Source: Candidatus Cloacimonadales bacterium (GTDB lineage Bacteria; Cloacimonadota; Cloacimonadia; Cloacimonadales; DAONDQ01). Taken from it: a DNA stretch of 64,000 nucleotides. Where the stretch lies: assembly GCA_963662275.1 (NCBI GenBank), contig OY759316.1:2464001-2528000 (forward strand). The letters are read 5' to 3'. Shown in pieces: positions 10,958-21,369 of this stretch. Within the stretch, counting starts at the first letter, position 1; the number at the start of each line of letters is the position of its first letter. A program made the translations under genes and the position numbers. The notes beneath the pieces were generated by a model. The model worked only from the letters and a program-made list of their open reading frames with translations. It did no database searches and was not told the origin of the DNA.

Positions 10958-11046
10958 AAGGCTCGTTTTTAGCTGTTTTATTCTCTCTAAAATCTATTAA
11001 TATGAAGAGATTAGATTGATCTTAGAGCTACAATATGCGGTTGATT

Positions 11047-11430
11047 TCAATGTAAGATCACCCAAATCCCGATTAAAATAATCGTAGCTCCAATTCCCTG
11101 CTGCAAATTCAGTCTTTCCTTTAAGAAGATAGCTGCTGCCACAATCACGAAAACATACATTAATGCCGCAGCAAAAGTCGTTATTGTTGTAGAGTTCCTT
11201 GCTAAAGAAGGTATTTTTAAAAGAGCATTATTCGTTTGAATAAAACAAAAGCGAGAAACGAATGCCAATGCAAAGGAAACATAGAACTTCCAGCTTAAGA
11301 TGAGCTTAATCAAACCTGCCCAGCTTAGAAGATTACCGGAAATCAAGGCACGGTCACCTAATAATACAATGGATATTGAACCGGACAGACAATGCAAAAC
11401 TAACCAAAGAAACACGATTAGCATATTCAA
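11047..11430 (-). CDS. Small 4-TM membrane protein (EamA/DMT, ArnE/F-like flippase candidate)
   Basis: 127 aa, four hydrophobic segments, C-terminal 'FLKERL...IG..IILIG' typical of the DMT superfamily. Confidence 0.65.
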   Translation of the reverse strand: MNMLIVFLWLVLHCLSGSISIVLLGDRALISGNLLSWAGLIKLILSWKFYVSFALAFVSRFCFIQTNNALLKIPSLARNSTTITTFAAALMYVFVIVAAAIFLKERLNLQQGIGATIILIGIWVILH

Positions 11431-11432
11431 TC

Positions 11433-12248
11433 CTATGATTTCAACTTACTATGATACCAATAAAAGATAGAAATTATCATTTTTGCAGGAAGCAGAAGAA
11501 GAGAGCTTTCTCCCAGCATATAGGCATAATCAAGCCAATTCAGATGTAAGTGCTCTCTATAATGCCATTTTATAAGTATTTCATTCCTTAATTGACATTT
11601 CGTTTTCATATTTTTTGAATTTGATGTATTCTGGTGGTAAACGTAAAGATTATCTGTAATATTTGTAATTTTCACACCTTGCAGATACCATCGTATCAGC
11701 AACTCATAATCCTCTACCCACAATGCAAATGAGGTAATATCATATGTTCCGTACTTCTCGAACAATTCTCGTTTCATCATAAGTGTAGGATGTGCAACAG
11801 GATAATGACGTTTGATCATCCACCCGATATCTTGTGGATAATGTCTTTCAAGCAGCAAATTTCCTTTATCATCAACATATGATAGACTCGACCCCACAAC
11901 ATCCCATTTTTGATGAGTGATTAGATAATTGTATTGAACTTCCAGTCTATTTGGTTTGGCTTCATCATCAGCATCCAGTATTGCTAAGTACCTACCGGAA
12001 CATCTTTCTATTCCATCATTCAAACTTTGAGAGCGCCCTTTCCTGGAAGACTGGACTAAATAACAAAAGCGGGGTTCCCCGAATGTAAGTTCTTGCACCA
12101 ATATTAAAGCCTGTTTATTATGGGGATTATCAACGACTAGAATCAATTCCCAATCGATAAAGGTTTGATTGAACACGGAAAGTAAAGCTCTTTCCAATAC
12201 CTCTCTCGATTCATTCAAGCAGGTCACAAGCACACTTATCTCAGGCAT
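11433..12248 (-). CDS. GT2 family glycosyltransferase
   Basis: ISVLV..LNE, LDADD, HPT, EDYEL motifs. Confidence 0.85.
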   Translation of the reverse strand: MPEISVLVTCLNESREVLERALLSVFNQTFIDWELILVVDNPHNKQALILVQELTFGEPRFCYLVQSSRKGRSQSLNDGIERCSGRYLAILDADDEAKPNRLEVQYNYLITHQKWDVVGSSLSYVDDKGNLLLERHYPQDIGWMIKRHYPVAHPTLMMKRELFEKYGTYDITSFALWVEDYELLIRWYLQGVKITNITDNLYVYHQNTSNSKNMKTKCQLRNEILIKWHYREHLHLNWLDYAYMLGESSLLLLPAKMIISIFYWYHSKLKS

Positions 12249-12482
12249 AAAATCCTACTATAATTCATATATTTGCCTTTCGTAATCCAATCATGTTTTT
12301 TAGACTTTCTTATAAGTTTTCACTGCAGAACAGAATCTTATTTAATATTTTCTAGCAAAATGGCAAGTTTTTTCATTGACTATCAGAGTATGATTCAGAA
12401 TTTCATTACAAAGAAGAATATGATTATGAATATTGTTTGAGAATTAAAAAATCTGTTTGAACAAAATCATGAAAGGAATAAC

Positions 12483-14597
12483 ATGAATAAGGTCCAAAAT
12501 CAAAAAGACATCATTAGCACTCTTCCAAGTATTAAGAAATTGAAATATATCTTTTTGATATTTCCAATTATTATAATCCTGGCAGTCTTAATCTGCTATC
12601 AGGGAACTTATGACTTTCCGTTTCAGTTTGATGATTATGTCAATTTTGTAAATCCAGATAAGATTCAGGATCTATCTTATTTCTCACATTTAAAAAACTG
12701 GTTGAATCCTCTCGACCGCCCATTAGCAGACTTTACATTGTCGTTAAATTACAATATTAATGGACTTGATACAAAATACTACCATGTCGTGAATGTGCTG
12801 ATTCATATCTTTAATGGCTTACTTGTGTTTCTCCTAGTATTCCAAATCACAAGATACTTCATTAAAAGGGATGATATCAAGAATCGGTATTGGTTTGCAT
12901 TTCTAACAGCCATTCTATTTGTAACGCATCCAATCCAGATCCAGGGGGTCACATATATCGTTCAAAGAATGACATCCCTGGCAGCGTTCTTTTATATGCT
13001 ATCAGTATACTTCTATGGGGAAGGTCGAATCAGCCATTCCGAAAAAGATTCAACCCACAAGGCAATCGTGTTTTATGTTCTAACCTTCATCATGATGCTC
13101 CTGGCATTTGCCAGCAAACCCAATACAGCCTCCTTACCTATGATGCTATTACTGTATGAGATGTGTTTCATTCGAGATAAAGAAAATAAGCCGAATTGGA
13201 AATTCATCATAACTTATACAGTTGTCTTATTTGCAGGCTTCATTGTCATTATGCTTGCTGGTAAATTGCCTAGAGAGACTGCCAGTATCTCCAGGATTGA
13301 TTATTTACTGACGCAATTTAAAGTGATCATGCAGTATATATGGCTGCTTATTGTTCCAGTGGGCTTGAATATCGATCATGACGTTTCTGTCGTTCATAAA
13401 CTATCACCCATTGTATCAATCTGCATTTTAATAATCGCAGCCTTGTTTTTAAAGGCAATCCTTTCATTCAAAAAGAATCCGATCATTACTTTTATCATTG
13501 GCTGGTTTTTCATCGCTCTGTCGATAGAGTCATCCATCATTCCAATTCGGGACGTTATGTTCGAACACCGTTTGTATATTTCAGTATTGACTTTTGCACT
13601 ATTCATTGTATATGTCGGATGGAGATTCATATCTTTTAAAAATCCTGTTTTATTCAGAATTCTTGTCTTACTAATTGCTGTTTTATGGACTAGCTTAACA
13701 ATACAAAGGAATCATGTATGGCAATCTGAAGAAAGCCTTTGGCTTGATGCAATTGCCAAATCTCCAGCAAAGAGTCGCCCTTATCAAATGCTTGGTGATA
13801 TCTATCTCAAGCAGAACCGCTTAGAAGAAGCCTTGATTGCGTATGAAAAAGGGATAAAACTTGAACCAATGAATCCTGAAACATATGTGAATCGCGGTGC
13901 CGTGTTAGAAAAGATGAGACGCTTTGAAGAGGCAGAACAATCTTATCTGAAAGCCTATCAATTGGCACCAGGGAATACGGTTGCTATTTATAATCTTGGT
14001 CAAAATGCCAGCCATATGAAAAAATATGATTTGGCTATATTCTACTTGAAATTGGGACTTACTCTGAAACCAAACGATACTGAATTCCTTATAACCTTAG
14101 CATCAGTATATGATGTGATGGGAGAAAATCAAAAAGCTCGGAATTTGTATCAAGAACTAATTAAAAATCCAATCACAGCATTCAAAGCTAATCTGAATCT
14201 TGGGATATCTTATCTTTCCAAAGACGATGCTCGATCAGCTCTTCCCTATCTAGTAAAAGCTGCAAGGTTAGAACCAGCAGATGCTTCTGCATTTTATTAT
14301 ATGGGAAGTGCATACATGACTCTTGGTAATAAGAATGCTGCAAAACAGAATTGGGAAAAGGCAATTGAACTTGTTCCGGCATATACTGCTGCTTTGGATA
14401 ATTTAGGAGTTATTGAATATGAAAATAAGAATTATAGCAAAGCGGTTGAATACTGGGAAAAATCACTGCAAATAAATGCAGCGCAAGCTAGTATATATCC
14501 ATTGATAATAGATGCATATAAACAATTAGGTAACCAGGAAAGACTTTCTTTCTTCGATAACAAAGCCAAAGAAATGGGTTATCCAACAAAACTATAA
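12483..14597 (+). CDS. TMTC-like GT-C membrane glycosyltransferase with TPR repeats (copy 2)
   Basis: FQFDDY, HPIQIQGVTYIVQR, SKPN, EHRLY, TPR tail; 704 aa. Confidence 0.85.
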   Translation: MNKVQNQKDIISTLPSIKKLKYIFLIFPIIIILAVLICYQGTYDFPFQFDDYVNFVNPDKIQDLSYFSHLKNWLNPLDRPLADFTLSLNYNINGLDTKYYHVVNVLIHIFNGLLVFLLVFQITRYFIKRDDIKNRYWFAFLTAILFVTHPIQIQGVTYIVQRMTSLAAFFYMLSVYFYGEGRISHSEKDSTHKAIVFYVLTFIMMLLAFASKPNTASLPMMLLLYEMCFIRDKENKPNWKFIITYTVVLFAGFIVIMLAGKLPRETASISRIDYLLTQFKVIMQYIWLLIVPVGLNIDHDVSVVHKLSPIVSICILIIAALFLKAILSFKKNPIITFIIGWFFIALSIESSIIPIRDVMFEHRLYISVLTFALFIVYVGWRFISFKNPVLFRILVLLIAVLWTSLTIQRNHVWQSEESLWLDAIAKSPAKSRPYQMLGDIYLKQNRLEEALIAYEKGIKLEPMNPETYVNRGAVLEKMRRFEEAEQSYLKAYQLAPGNTVAIYNLGQNASHMKKYDLAIFYLKLGLTLKPNDTEFLITLASVYDVMGENQKARNLYQELIKNPITAFKANLNLGISYLSKDDARSALPYLVKAARLEPADASAFYYMGSAYMTLGNKNAAKQNWEKAIELVPAYTAALDNLGVIEYENKNYSKAVEYWEKSLQINAAQASIYPLIIDAYKQLGNQERLSFFDNKAKEMGYPTKL

Positions 14598-14708
14598 ATC
14601 ATTGCATCATAGCTAGTTTTGGGATTTCTCCGATCTTGAAGATGAAAAGTAATTTTCAATAGTATCAACCGGATTATCGTACCAATATCGTCTGAGGAAG
14701 ATAACACG

Positions 14709-16823
14709 ATGAAAAATGTCAAAAAGAATAAGACTGATGTAGATTCTATCCAGAGTTCCAAGTATACGACCTTACTCTGGTTGATTTTTCCGATAATTAT
14801 AACTATTGCTGTGTTAATCTGCTATCATGGGACTTATGGTTATCCTTTCCAGTTTGATGATTATGTCACTTTTGTTAATCCTAATTCGTATATGGATTTA
14901 CATTTCTACGAAGACCCGGGGCATTGGCTGAATATTATTAATCGTCCCTTGTCCAAATTCTCCCTTGCCCTGAATCGCCAAATGAACGGTCTCGATCCCT
15001 CTTACTATCATGTTTTTAATATCACTATCCATATTTTAAATAGCTTGCTTGCGTTTTTCCTGACTATCCAAATCACAAGATTCTTCATGCGGAAGGATGA
15101 TATTGAAACTCGATATTGGTTGTCCTTTTTTACCGCTGTATTGTTTGCTGCTCATCCAATCCAAATTCAAGCCATAACTTATATTGTCCAAAGAATGACT
15201 TCATTGGCAGCTTTTTTTTATATGTTATCGGTTTATTTCTATGGACAAGCGCGGATACTTCATACTGAAAAAGATACATTTAAACCAGCTATTATTTTTT
15301 ACGGACTTGCTTTTCTTGCCATGATCCTATCATTTATGAGCAAGCCCAATGCTATTTCACTTCCTCTTATGTTCCTCTTGTATGAGATTTGCTTCATCCG
15401 CAATAGGAAGAATGAGCCCAATTGGAAATTCATTATCTCATGCTCGTGTATTTTCTTTATCGGATTCATTATCATTCTCTTTGCAGGCAAGCTGTCTAAA
15501 GAAACAGATAACATTACAAGGAATGACTATTTTCTCACTCAATTCAAGGTCATCATTCAGTATTTTCGGTTGCTTATAATACCCGTAGGATTAAATATAG
15601 ATCACGATATTCCAGTCGCTCACAAACTAACACTCTTCATTGGCAGTTGCATGGCATTGATATCAGCAATGTTCCTTGCTGCTGTGGTTGCATTTAAGAA
15701 GAATCCTATCCTTACTTTTGCGATTGGCTGGTTTTTCATCGCTTTATCAGCACAGTCATCAATCATTCCTATTCGTGATGTAATTTTTGAACACCGTTTA
15801 TATAGCTCGATATTTGGTTTTACTCTAATTATTGTTTTTCTAGTTTGGCAGCATACATACGTTAAGTATCCGCAATTATTCAAAGTGATTCTCATATTGA
15901 TTACAATAATTTGGGGAGGATTAACAATTCAGAGGAATAAAGTATGGCAAACAGAAGAATCTCTCTGGCTGGATGCATCAGCGAAATCACCCGCTAAAAG
16001 TCGACCATATCGAATGTTGGGTGATATCTATCTCAAGCAGGATAGATTGGAAGAGGCTTATTCAGAATATCAAAAAGGTATGCAGGCTGACCCTTTGAAC
16101 TTTGAATCATATGTTAATCGTGGAGCTGTTTTGGAGAAAATGCAGCGTTTTGCAGAAGCGCAACAATCGTATTTAAAAGCACATCAATTAGCTCCAAAGA
16201 ATACTATTGTTTTATATGATCTTGGGCATACTGCGTTTAAAATGAATAATTATCCTCTTGCTCTTTCATACTTCAATAAGGTAATTGCCCTTCAAAATGA
16301 TGATTCTCAAGCATACTTGGCAATGGCATCCGTTTATGAAGCCATGGGTGATATCACCAGAGCACGCATCATATATCAAAGATTAGTAAATGATCCCGCT
16401 GTTTCCGGTAAAGCTAATCTCAATCTTGGTATTTCATATCTTTTACAGGAAGATGGGCAATCAGCTCTTCCCTATTTAAACAAGGTTATCAGGCTAGATC
16501 AGGCTAATCCTTCTGCCTATTATCATGTAGGAAGTGCATATATGATGATTGGAAATATGAACCTCGCAAGACAGAACTAGCAAAAGGCACTAGATATTGA
16601 TCCTAAATTTACAGCAGCCTTGAACGATTTAGGTGTTTCTGAATATGGCGAAAAGAAATACACTCAAGCAATTGAGTATTGGGAAAAGTCGCTGCAAATA
16701 AATTCACTTCAATCAAATATATATGCATTGATCATAGATGCCTATAAGCAATTAGGAAATAAGGAAAAGCAGATCTTGTTTGAGAAAAAGGCTACTGAAT
16801 TGGGATATACAACAAAGCTATAA
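14709..16823 (+). pseudogene. TMTC-like GT-C/TPR glycosyltransferase (copy 3) interrupted by an in-frame TAG at 16578-16580
   Basis: ORFs 14709..16580 and 16620..16823 are in the same frame; RQN*QKAL aligns with KQNWEKAI of copy 2; read-through gives 704 codons, as in copy 2. A truncated 623-aa product could still be made. Confidence 0.75.
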
Positions 16824-16824
16824 A

Positions 16825-17922
16825 TCAAATCCTAATCGCTTGTATTGGAATATCGCCATTTTTACAGGCAAAATGCAACTTCCTCACATGCCAATCAGTT
16901 ATTTCTTCCAGCGGAAGAAACAGATCGACCATTGAACCATTCGCTTGCATTGCTTCCAATAAGTGACGTATAGAATCTTGTGATTCTTTTTCTATCCTCT
17001 TTCCATAGGGTGGATTTGTGATGATATGGTACTTGACTATTTGTTTATGATAGTGATTCGCTGGTAGTACTGAAAAGTTTATGTTATCTAAAACGCCTGC
17101 TGACTCTGCATTTTTACGGGCTATATGAATCATATCATCACTGATATCTGAAGCCAGTATTTTATCTGTACTCAATTTTCGTGTATTACTCACAGCTTCT
17201 TCATGGATTCGATTGAATAAGTCCTCCCTGTATATTCCCCACTTTTGGAAAGCAAAATCACGGTATTTGGATAAGGGAATATTGCAGGATATCACTGCTG
17301 CTTCAATGGGAATAGTACCCGAACCGCACATCGGGTCTAGCAAAGGTCTTTCTGATAACAGCCATCCGCTTGATTTGATCAGCCCGGCTGCAAGTGTCTC
17401 ACGGATGGGAGCTTGGCTGCGATACTTCATATATCCCCGTTTATGAAGATGCGCACCGCTTGTATCCATGCTAATCGTGAATACATCATGCTCAGCCTGG
17501 ATCAATATCAGTTGCGTATCGGGAGTATCGGGGCTACCTTGAACTATGATTGTTCTGCCAAAGATTTGATTCAGCGAATTGATACACCTTTCTGCAATCG
17601 CTTTCTCATGATAAAGCTTAGAAGAAATGGATGTAACCCGAATACATATATCCTGGTCAGAAATAAAGTCTTTCCAGGGGATTTTAGCAAATTCAAGTTC
17701 AAGATTCCAGAAGTTCTCTGCATGAAATGTTCCGATACGTAGTAAAATCCTTGTTATGCAGTGAGACTTGATGTTCAGTTTGAAAATAGTTGTTAAATGC
17801 CCAACAAAGGAAATTCCACCTTTTCCCAAATCATGATATTTTATACCGAGTTCTTCAAATTCTTTGGCTGCTATTTTCTCTAGACCGGGTTGTACTACCG
17901 CAAATAATTCAAATGGTTTCAT
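16825..17922 (-). CDS. THUMP-domain class I SAM-dependent RNA methyltransferase (RlmL/YpsC-like)
   Basis: LHKRGY, APIRETLAAG, DPMCGSGTIPIEA, TNPPYG; GGAGG RBS before ATG 17922. Confidence 0.88.
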   Translation of the reverse strand: MKPFELFAVVQPGLEKIAAKEFEELGIKYHDLGKGGISFVGHLTTIFKLNIKSHCITRILLRIGTFHAENFWNLELEFAKIPWKDFISDQDICIRVTSISSKLYHEKAIAERCINSLNQIFGRTIIVQGSPDTPDTQLILIQAEHDVFTISMDTSGAHLHKRGYMKYRSQAPIRETLAAGLIKSSGWLLSERPLLDPMCGSGTIPIEAAVISCNIPLSKYRDFAFQKWGIYREDLFNRIHEEAVSNTRKLSTDKILASDISDDMIHIARKNAESAGVLDNINFSVLPANHYHKQIVKYHIITNPPYGKRIEKESQDSIRHLLEAMQANGSMVDLFLPLEEITDWHVRKLHFACKNGDIPIQAIRI

Positions 17923-17946
17923 GTTTCCTCCTTTATCTTTCTTTGG

Positions 17947-18068
17947 CGGTAGTAGCATCCTTTAGGTTGCTTTAATATACTTACCCGCTGAAGTAAGTGC
18001 TACTTCTTTTTCGGTAGTGGCATCCTTCAGGTTGCTTTAATATGCTTACCCGCTGAAGTAAGTGCTAC
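17947..18068. repeat. Two 57-bp direct repeats of a REP-like imperfect palindrome
   Basis: cggtagt(a/g)gcatcctt(t/c)aggttgctttaatat(a/g)cttacccgctgaagtaagtgctac at 17947-18003 and 18012-18068. Confidence 0.85.
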
Positions 18069-18069
18069 G

Positions 18070-19488
18070 TTATATCAAATCGTAATGTGTACTATATGTC
18101 AACCTGCTCAGTACTTCATCGGTGCAGCCCTGTGTTAATGCCATATAGGATTTAGCAGCAATTTCCTTAAAGTCTTCCGTTAGATAACCGAGTTTGACAA
18201 CAATCACATCATACATCAGGTAATCCAATTCAAGCGCTTTGAACATATCTACATTCGTAAATCCGATATGTTTGGAAGTAAGGATTAGATCAAATTCTTT
18301 GGTTTCCAGAAGAATCAAATCTGAATTGAACAATCCAAAATCTTTGACCCAAAGCACAGGTATAACTTTTAATTCTACAGGTGTGCAATACATCGTATCG
18401 AATTTTCCACCAATACTCAGTATTAAGCTGTGGTTCATCCTTTCAAGGCACTGCTTTACTGCAACAGGATCATAGATACCTGCAACAAGAATACGTTTAC
18501 CGTAAGTCAGAGATTGGAGTTCTGCGCTCAATAAATGAATCATGGTCGTATTATCGGCAGTAGAACCGGCAGTTGGATTGTCTCCTGAATCAGAAACAAA
18601 TACTGGTTTATATTTGTCCTGTAAGGCTAGTATCAATGCCTTCTCAGGTGGATAAGAAGGAGATGAAAAACTGAATTTGTCTTTGTTTTTAATAAATTTA
18701 TCAGCTAAATAATGAGCATATCGATTAGCTTTTTCCTGGTTATTCTTTGTTACCACCAATGCAGTAACACCATTCTCAATCGCATCTGCCCAAGGGAAGC
18801 CAAGAAAGAACGAAGCAGAACAGACATCTTCTTCCTCTTCCATCTTGATCAATTCGCTGATCAGTGACTTCATCGGTTCGCAATCTGTTTCTGACTTCTC
18901 TCCGGCAATCAGGCTCCTGATTCTTGCGTAACCCATACACAATGGAGTTTTTGTACTCAAAGCAATATCTGCCATCTGTGCAGCCTGGTAGCCTGTTTCA
19001 TAAGCATCCAGATGCGGTGCTGTCTTAAAACCTACAAAAGCAGTTGCATAACGTAACATATCTTCTGTAATCGTAGCATGCATATCCATACCGCAAAACA
19101 CAGGAATGCCTGGATACTTGGAATGGATGCTCTTCAATAGATCCGATTCTGCTGAACCGATATTCTTAACCCGCATGGAACCATGTAAAGCCAAAACAAA
19201 GGCATCTATCTTTGGAGAATCATCCACGTATTTGAAGAACTTATCTTTCAAATGTTTATAGAATGATTCATCGATTTCACCATTAGGCACTGCTTTGGCA
19301 AAGACTAACGGGAAAAGAGTATATTCCGGCTTTTCTTCAAAATATTCGATAATCCCTTTAGCAATAAGATAGGATTTCCTATTCTCAAAGATCTCATTCT
19401 TCTCGAATACAACAAATTCATCTGCACTAGTTATGATTGGATTGAAGGTGTTTGATTCATGAAAGAAACCGCCGATGGCTATATTCAT
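18070..19488 (-). CDS. M81 family metallopeptidase (MlrC-like)
   Basis: HESNTF, LHGSM, DMHA, PHLD, DSGDNP..G, VVKLG motifs. Confidence 0.88.
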   Translation of the reverse strand: MNIAIGGFFHESNTFNPIITSADEFVVFEKNEIFENRKSYLIAKGIIEYFEEKPEYTLFPLVFAKAVPNGEIDESFYKHLKDKFFKYVDDSPKIDAFVLALHGSMRVKNIGSAESDLLKSIHSKYPGIPVFCGMDMHATITEDMLRYATAFVGFKTAPHLDAYETGYQAAQMADIALSTKTPLCMGYARIRSLIAGEKSETDCEPMKSLISELIKMEEEEDVCSASFFLGFPWADAIENGVTALVVTKNNQEKANRYAHYLADKFIKNKDKFSFSSPSYPPEKALILALQDKYKPVFVSDSGDNPTAGSTADNTTMIHLLSAELQSLTYGKRILVAGIYDPVAVKQCLERMNHSLILSIGGKFDTMYCTPVELKVIPVLWVKDFGLFNSDLILLETKEFDLILTSKHIGFTNVDMFKALELDYLMYDVIVVKLGYLTEDFKEIAAKSYMALTQGCTDEVLSRLTYSTHYDLI

Positions 19489-20228
19489 GTAAGCTCCGCG
19501 ATCCTTTTTACTTTACCAGGATCTGTTTTCTTAATCTGAAATTCAGAGAGATTGTGATCACTTCCCATGTGAATATGATTTGGCTTAAACTGCATTTTAC
19601 CATGTATTATGGTGTTGGCAGACATGTGGATTTCCTTGGCGTGTGTTACTTTGAGAATTTCAACGATATTCCTTTCATTGATACCGGAGCCGGGCATAAT
19701 AATAATACGATCTCCTGCCTGTTCGACCAGCAATGCAATCAGCAGTATACCCTCTTCGGCAGTCTGCTGCCAACCGGAAGTCAGAATCCTGTCAGCTCCC
19801 ATTTTGATGATATTTTCCATAGCGCTGAATGGTGCTGATGTCATGTCAAAAGCCCGATGAAAGGTTACACTTTGTGGTTTTGCCAATTCTACCAATTCAC
19901 TGGTTCTATCGAAATCAACATTCGCATCAGGATCCAGGATTCCAAAGACAAAACCATCTACGCCTAATTGTTTAGCTGCCAGGATGTCTTTTTTCATCAC
20001 GTCGAACTCCAGATCAGAATAACAGAAATCACCTCCCCTGGGACGGATGATCACATGCCCTGGAATATGTAAGTATTTTCTGGTTAATTGAATTGTACCA
20101 ATGGAAGGTGTGGTTCCACCTTCAGATAGATTTGCACAGAGTTCTACCCTATCAGCTCCAGCCTCCTGGGCAATCATAGCTGATTCAACTGAATCCAGGC
20201 AAATTTCTAATATAAATTTCTTGGGCAT
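19485..20228 (-). CDS. cutC: Copper homeostasis protein CutC family
   Basis: LEIC, GADRVELC..LSEGGTTPS, IIRPRGGDF, TFHRAFD, RILTSG motifs. Confidence 0.93.
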   Translation of the reverse strand: MPKKFILEICLDSVESAMIAQEAGADRVELCANLSEGGTTPSIGTIQLTRKYLHIPGHVIIRPRGGDFCYSDLEFDVMKKDILAAKQLGVDGFVFGILDPDANVDFDRTSELVELAKPQSVTFHRAFDMTSAPFSAMENIIKMGADRILTSGWQQTAEEGILLIALLVEQAGDRIIIMPGSGINERNIVEILKVTHAKEIHMSANTIIHGKMQFKPNHIHMGSDHNLSEFQIKKTDPGKVKRIAELT

Positions 20229-20242
20229 TGAACTCCTATCTT

Positions 20243-20540
20243 TTCAGGTGTCAGGTTCCAGGTGCTATGTGTCAGATTCCAGAAAAAAGAAGAGAAGAAC
20301 TAGCTCTACACTTCGACAACGCTCAGTTCAAGCCTAACCCCTCCCTTTATAAATGGGAGTGTAATTAGACTGCTCATCCCCCCTTGGGAAGGGGGGTAGG
20401 GGGGTCTCTTTCTTCTCAGCCATCTTCAATTTCGCTAACTTTCTCCGGTACATCTCGATACAATTACTCGCATTTCGACTCCGCTCAATGACCGAGAAAT
20501 CACTCAATGAACCGGTCTGTTCTGCCGATCTTCAATCTTC
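20243..20540. repeat. Intergenic cluster of REP-like elements and degenerate heptamers
   Basis: caggtgt/caggttc heptamers, cttcgacaacgctcag (20311), cccctccc...gggag and cccccttgggaagggggg palindromes, nested palindrome at 20445-20515. Confidence 0.7.
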
Positions 20541-20549
20541 AATCTTAAA

Positions 20550-21059
20550 TCACTGTTTGGTTGCACTAAACTTGGGTGAAGTGATGTACAATGTTTCATA
20601 TTGGTCAATAACCATATTTCGGTATTGCTTTTTAATCTCAGATTTATCGTTAGCTACTCTGATAATCTCAACTTTTATATTGGGAGGAGTATCATCCTGG
20701 AGCATCTGTACCGTGAAATTCATCTTTATCGTATTCTTCTCAAGATTCATCTCATATGAACTCTGGGCATCAGATTTCATTAACTGACTCGCTACAAGCA
20801 AATCACCAATATTTCCAATAATAACCTTATACTGTCTGTCCTTCTCAGCCGTGAGAGTATCCAGTTGAATAATCACCTTGAAAGTGATAATCTCATTTCG
20901 TGTATATGTCGCTTTATCTGGTGCGATAGCCACTCCAAGAACAATCGGAGGCTTTGCTAAATAATTATAGGGATGTGTGACCGTTTTCGCAATTAATGGT
21001 ACAGATATCAATGCCATAAATAAAAACAGAATAATTGATTTATATACATGAACTTTCAT
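20550..21059 (-). CDS. Hypothetical exported protein
   Basis: 169-aa ORF with GAGG RBS and an N-terminal signal-peptide-like hydrophobic stretch; no recognised domain. Confidence 0.6.
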   Translation of the reverse strand: MKVHVYKSIILFLFMALISVPLIAKTVTHPYNYLAKPPIVLGVAIAPDKATYTRNEIITFKVIIQLDTLTAEKDRQYKVIIGNIGDLLVASQLMKSDAQSSYEMNLEKNTIKMNFTVQMLQDDTPPNIKVEIIRVANDKSEIKKQYRNMVIDQYETLYITSPKFSATKQ

Positions 21060-21317
21060 TTTGCACCTCGCTTCATGTTGTTTTACCTAGTCTATCCTGA
21101 TAAGATAACATAATCAGGTAGATTGACAATGGCTGAATTACGGCAAAGTAAGAAGATTGTCAATAGATTTGCATTTTAAAAAATAACTTTTGGCAGGTTC
21201 TTCTTTTATATGATGTGAATAGATGCAGATTGACATGTTTTAATACAATTCGTGCATATTAAACATTGAATTTGCTGATGAAATCCATGTAATCGGTTCT
21301 TGAGTGACTCTTATATG

Positions 21318-21369
21318 ATCATCTAGGCATCATCTAGGCATCATCTAGGCATCATCTAGCCATCATCTA
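21318..21369. repeat. 11-bp tandem repeat (catcatctagg) x ~4.5
   Basis: atcatctaggcatcatctaggcatcatctaggcatcatctagccatcatcta read directly. Confidence 0.9.

Noticed and set aside
16578..16580. Genome-wide TAG reassignment
   Set aside because: TAG terminates conserved genes at their expected ends (e.g. pyrB, istB, first LVIVD gene).
17947..18068. Possible mini-CRISPR (also 41091-41192)
   Set aside because: Only two units of 51-57 bp with 0-8 nt between them, no unique spacers and no cas genes.
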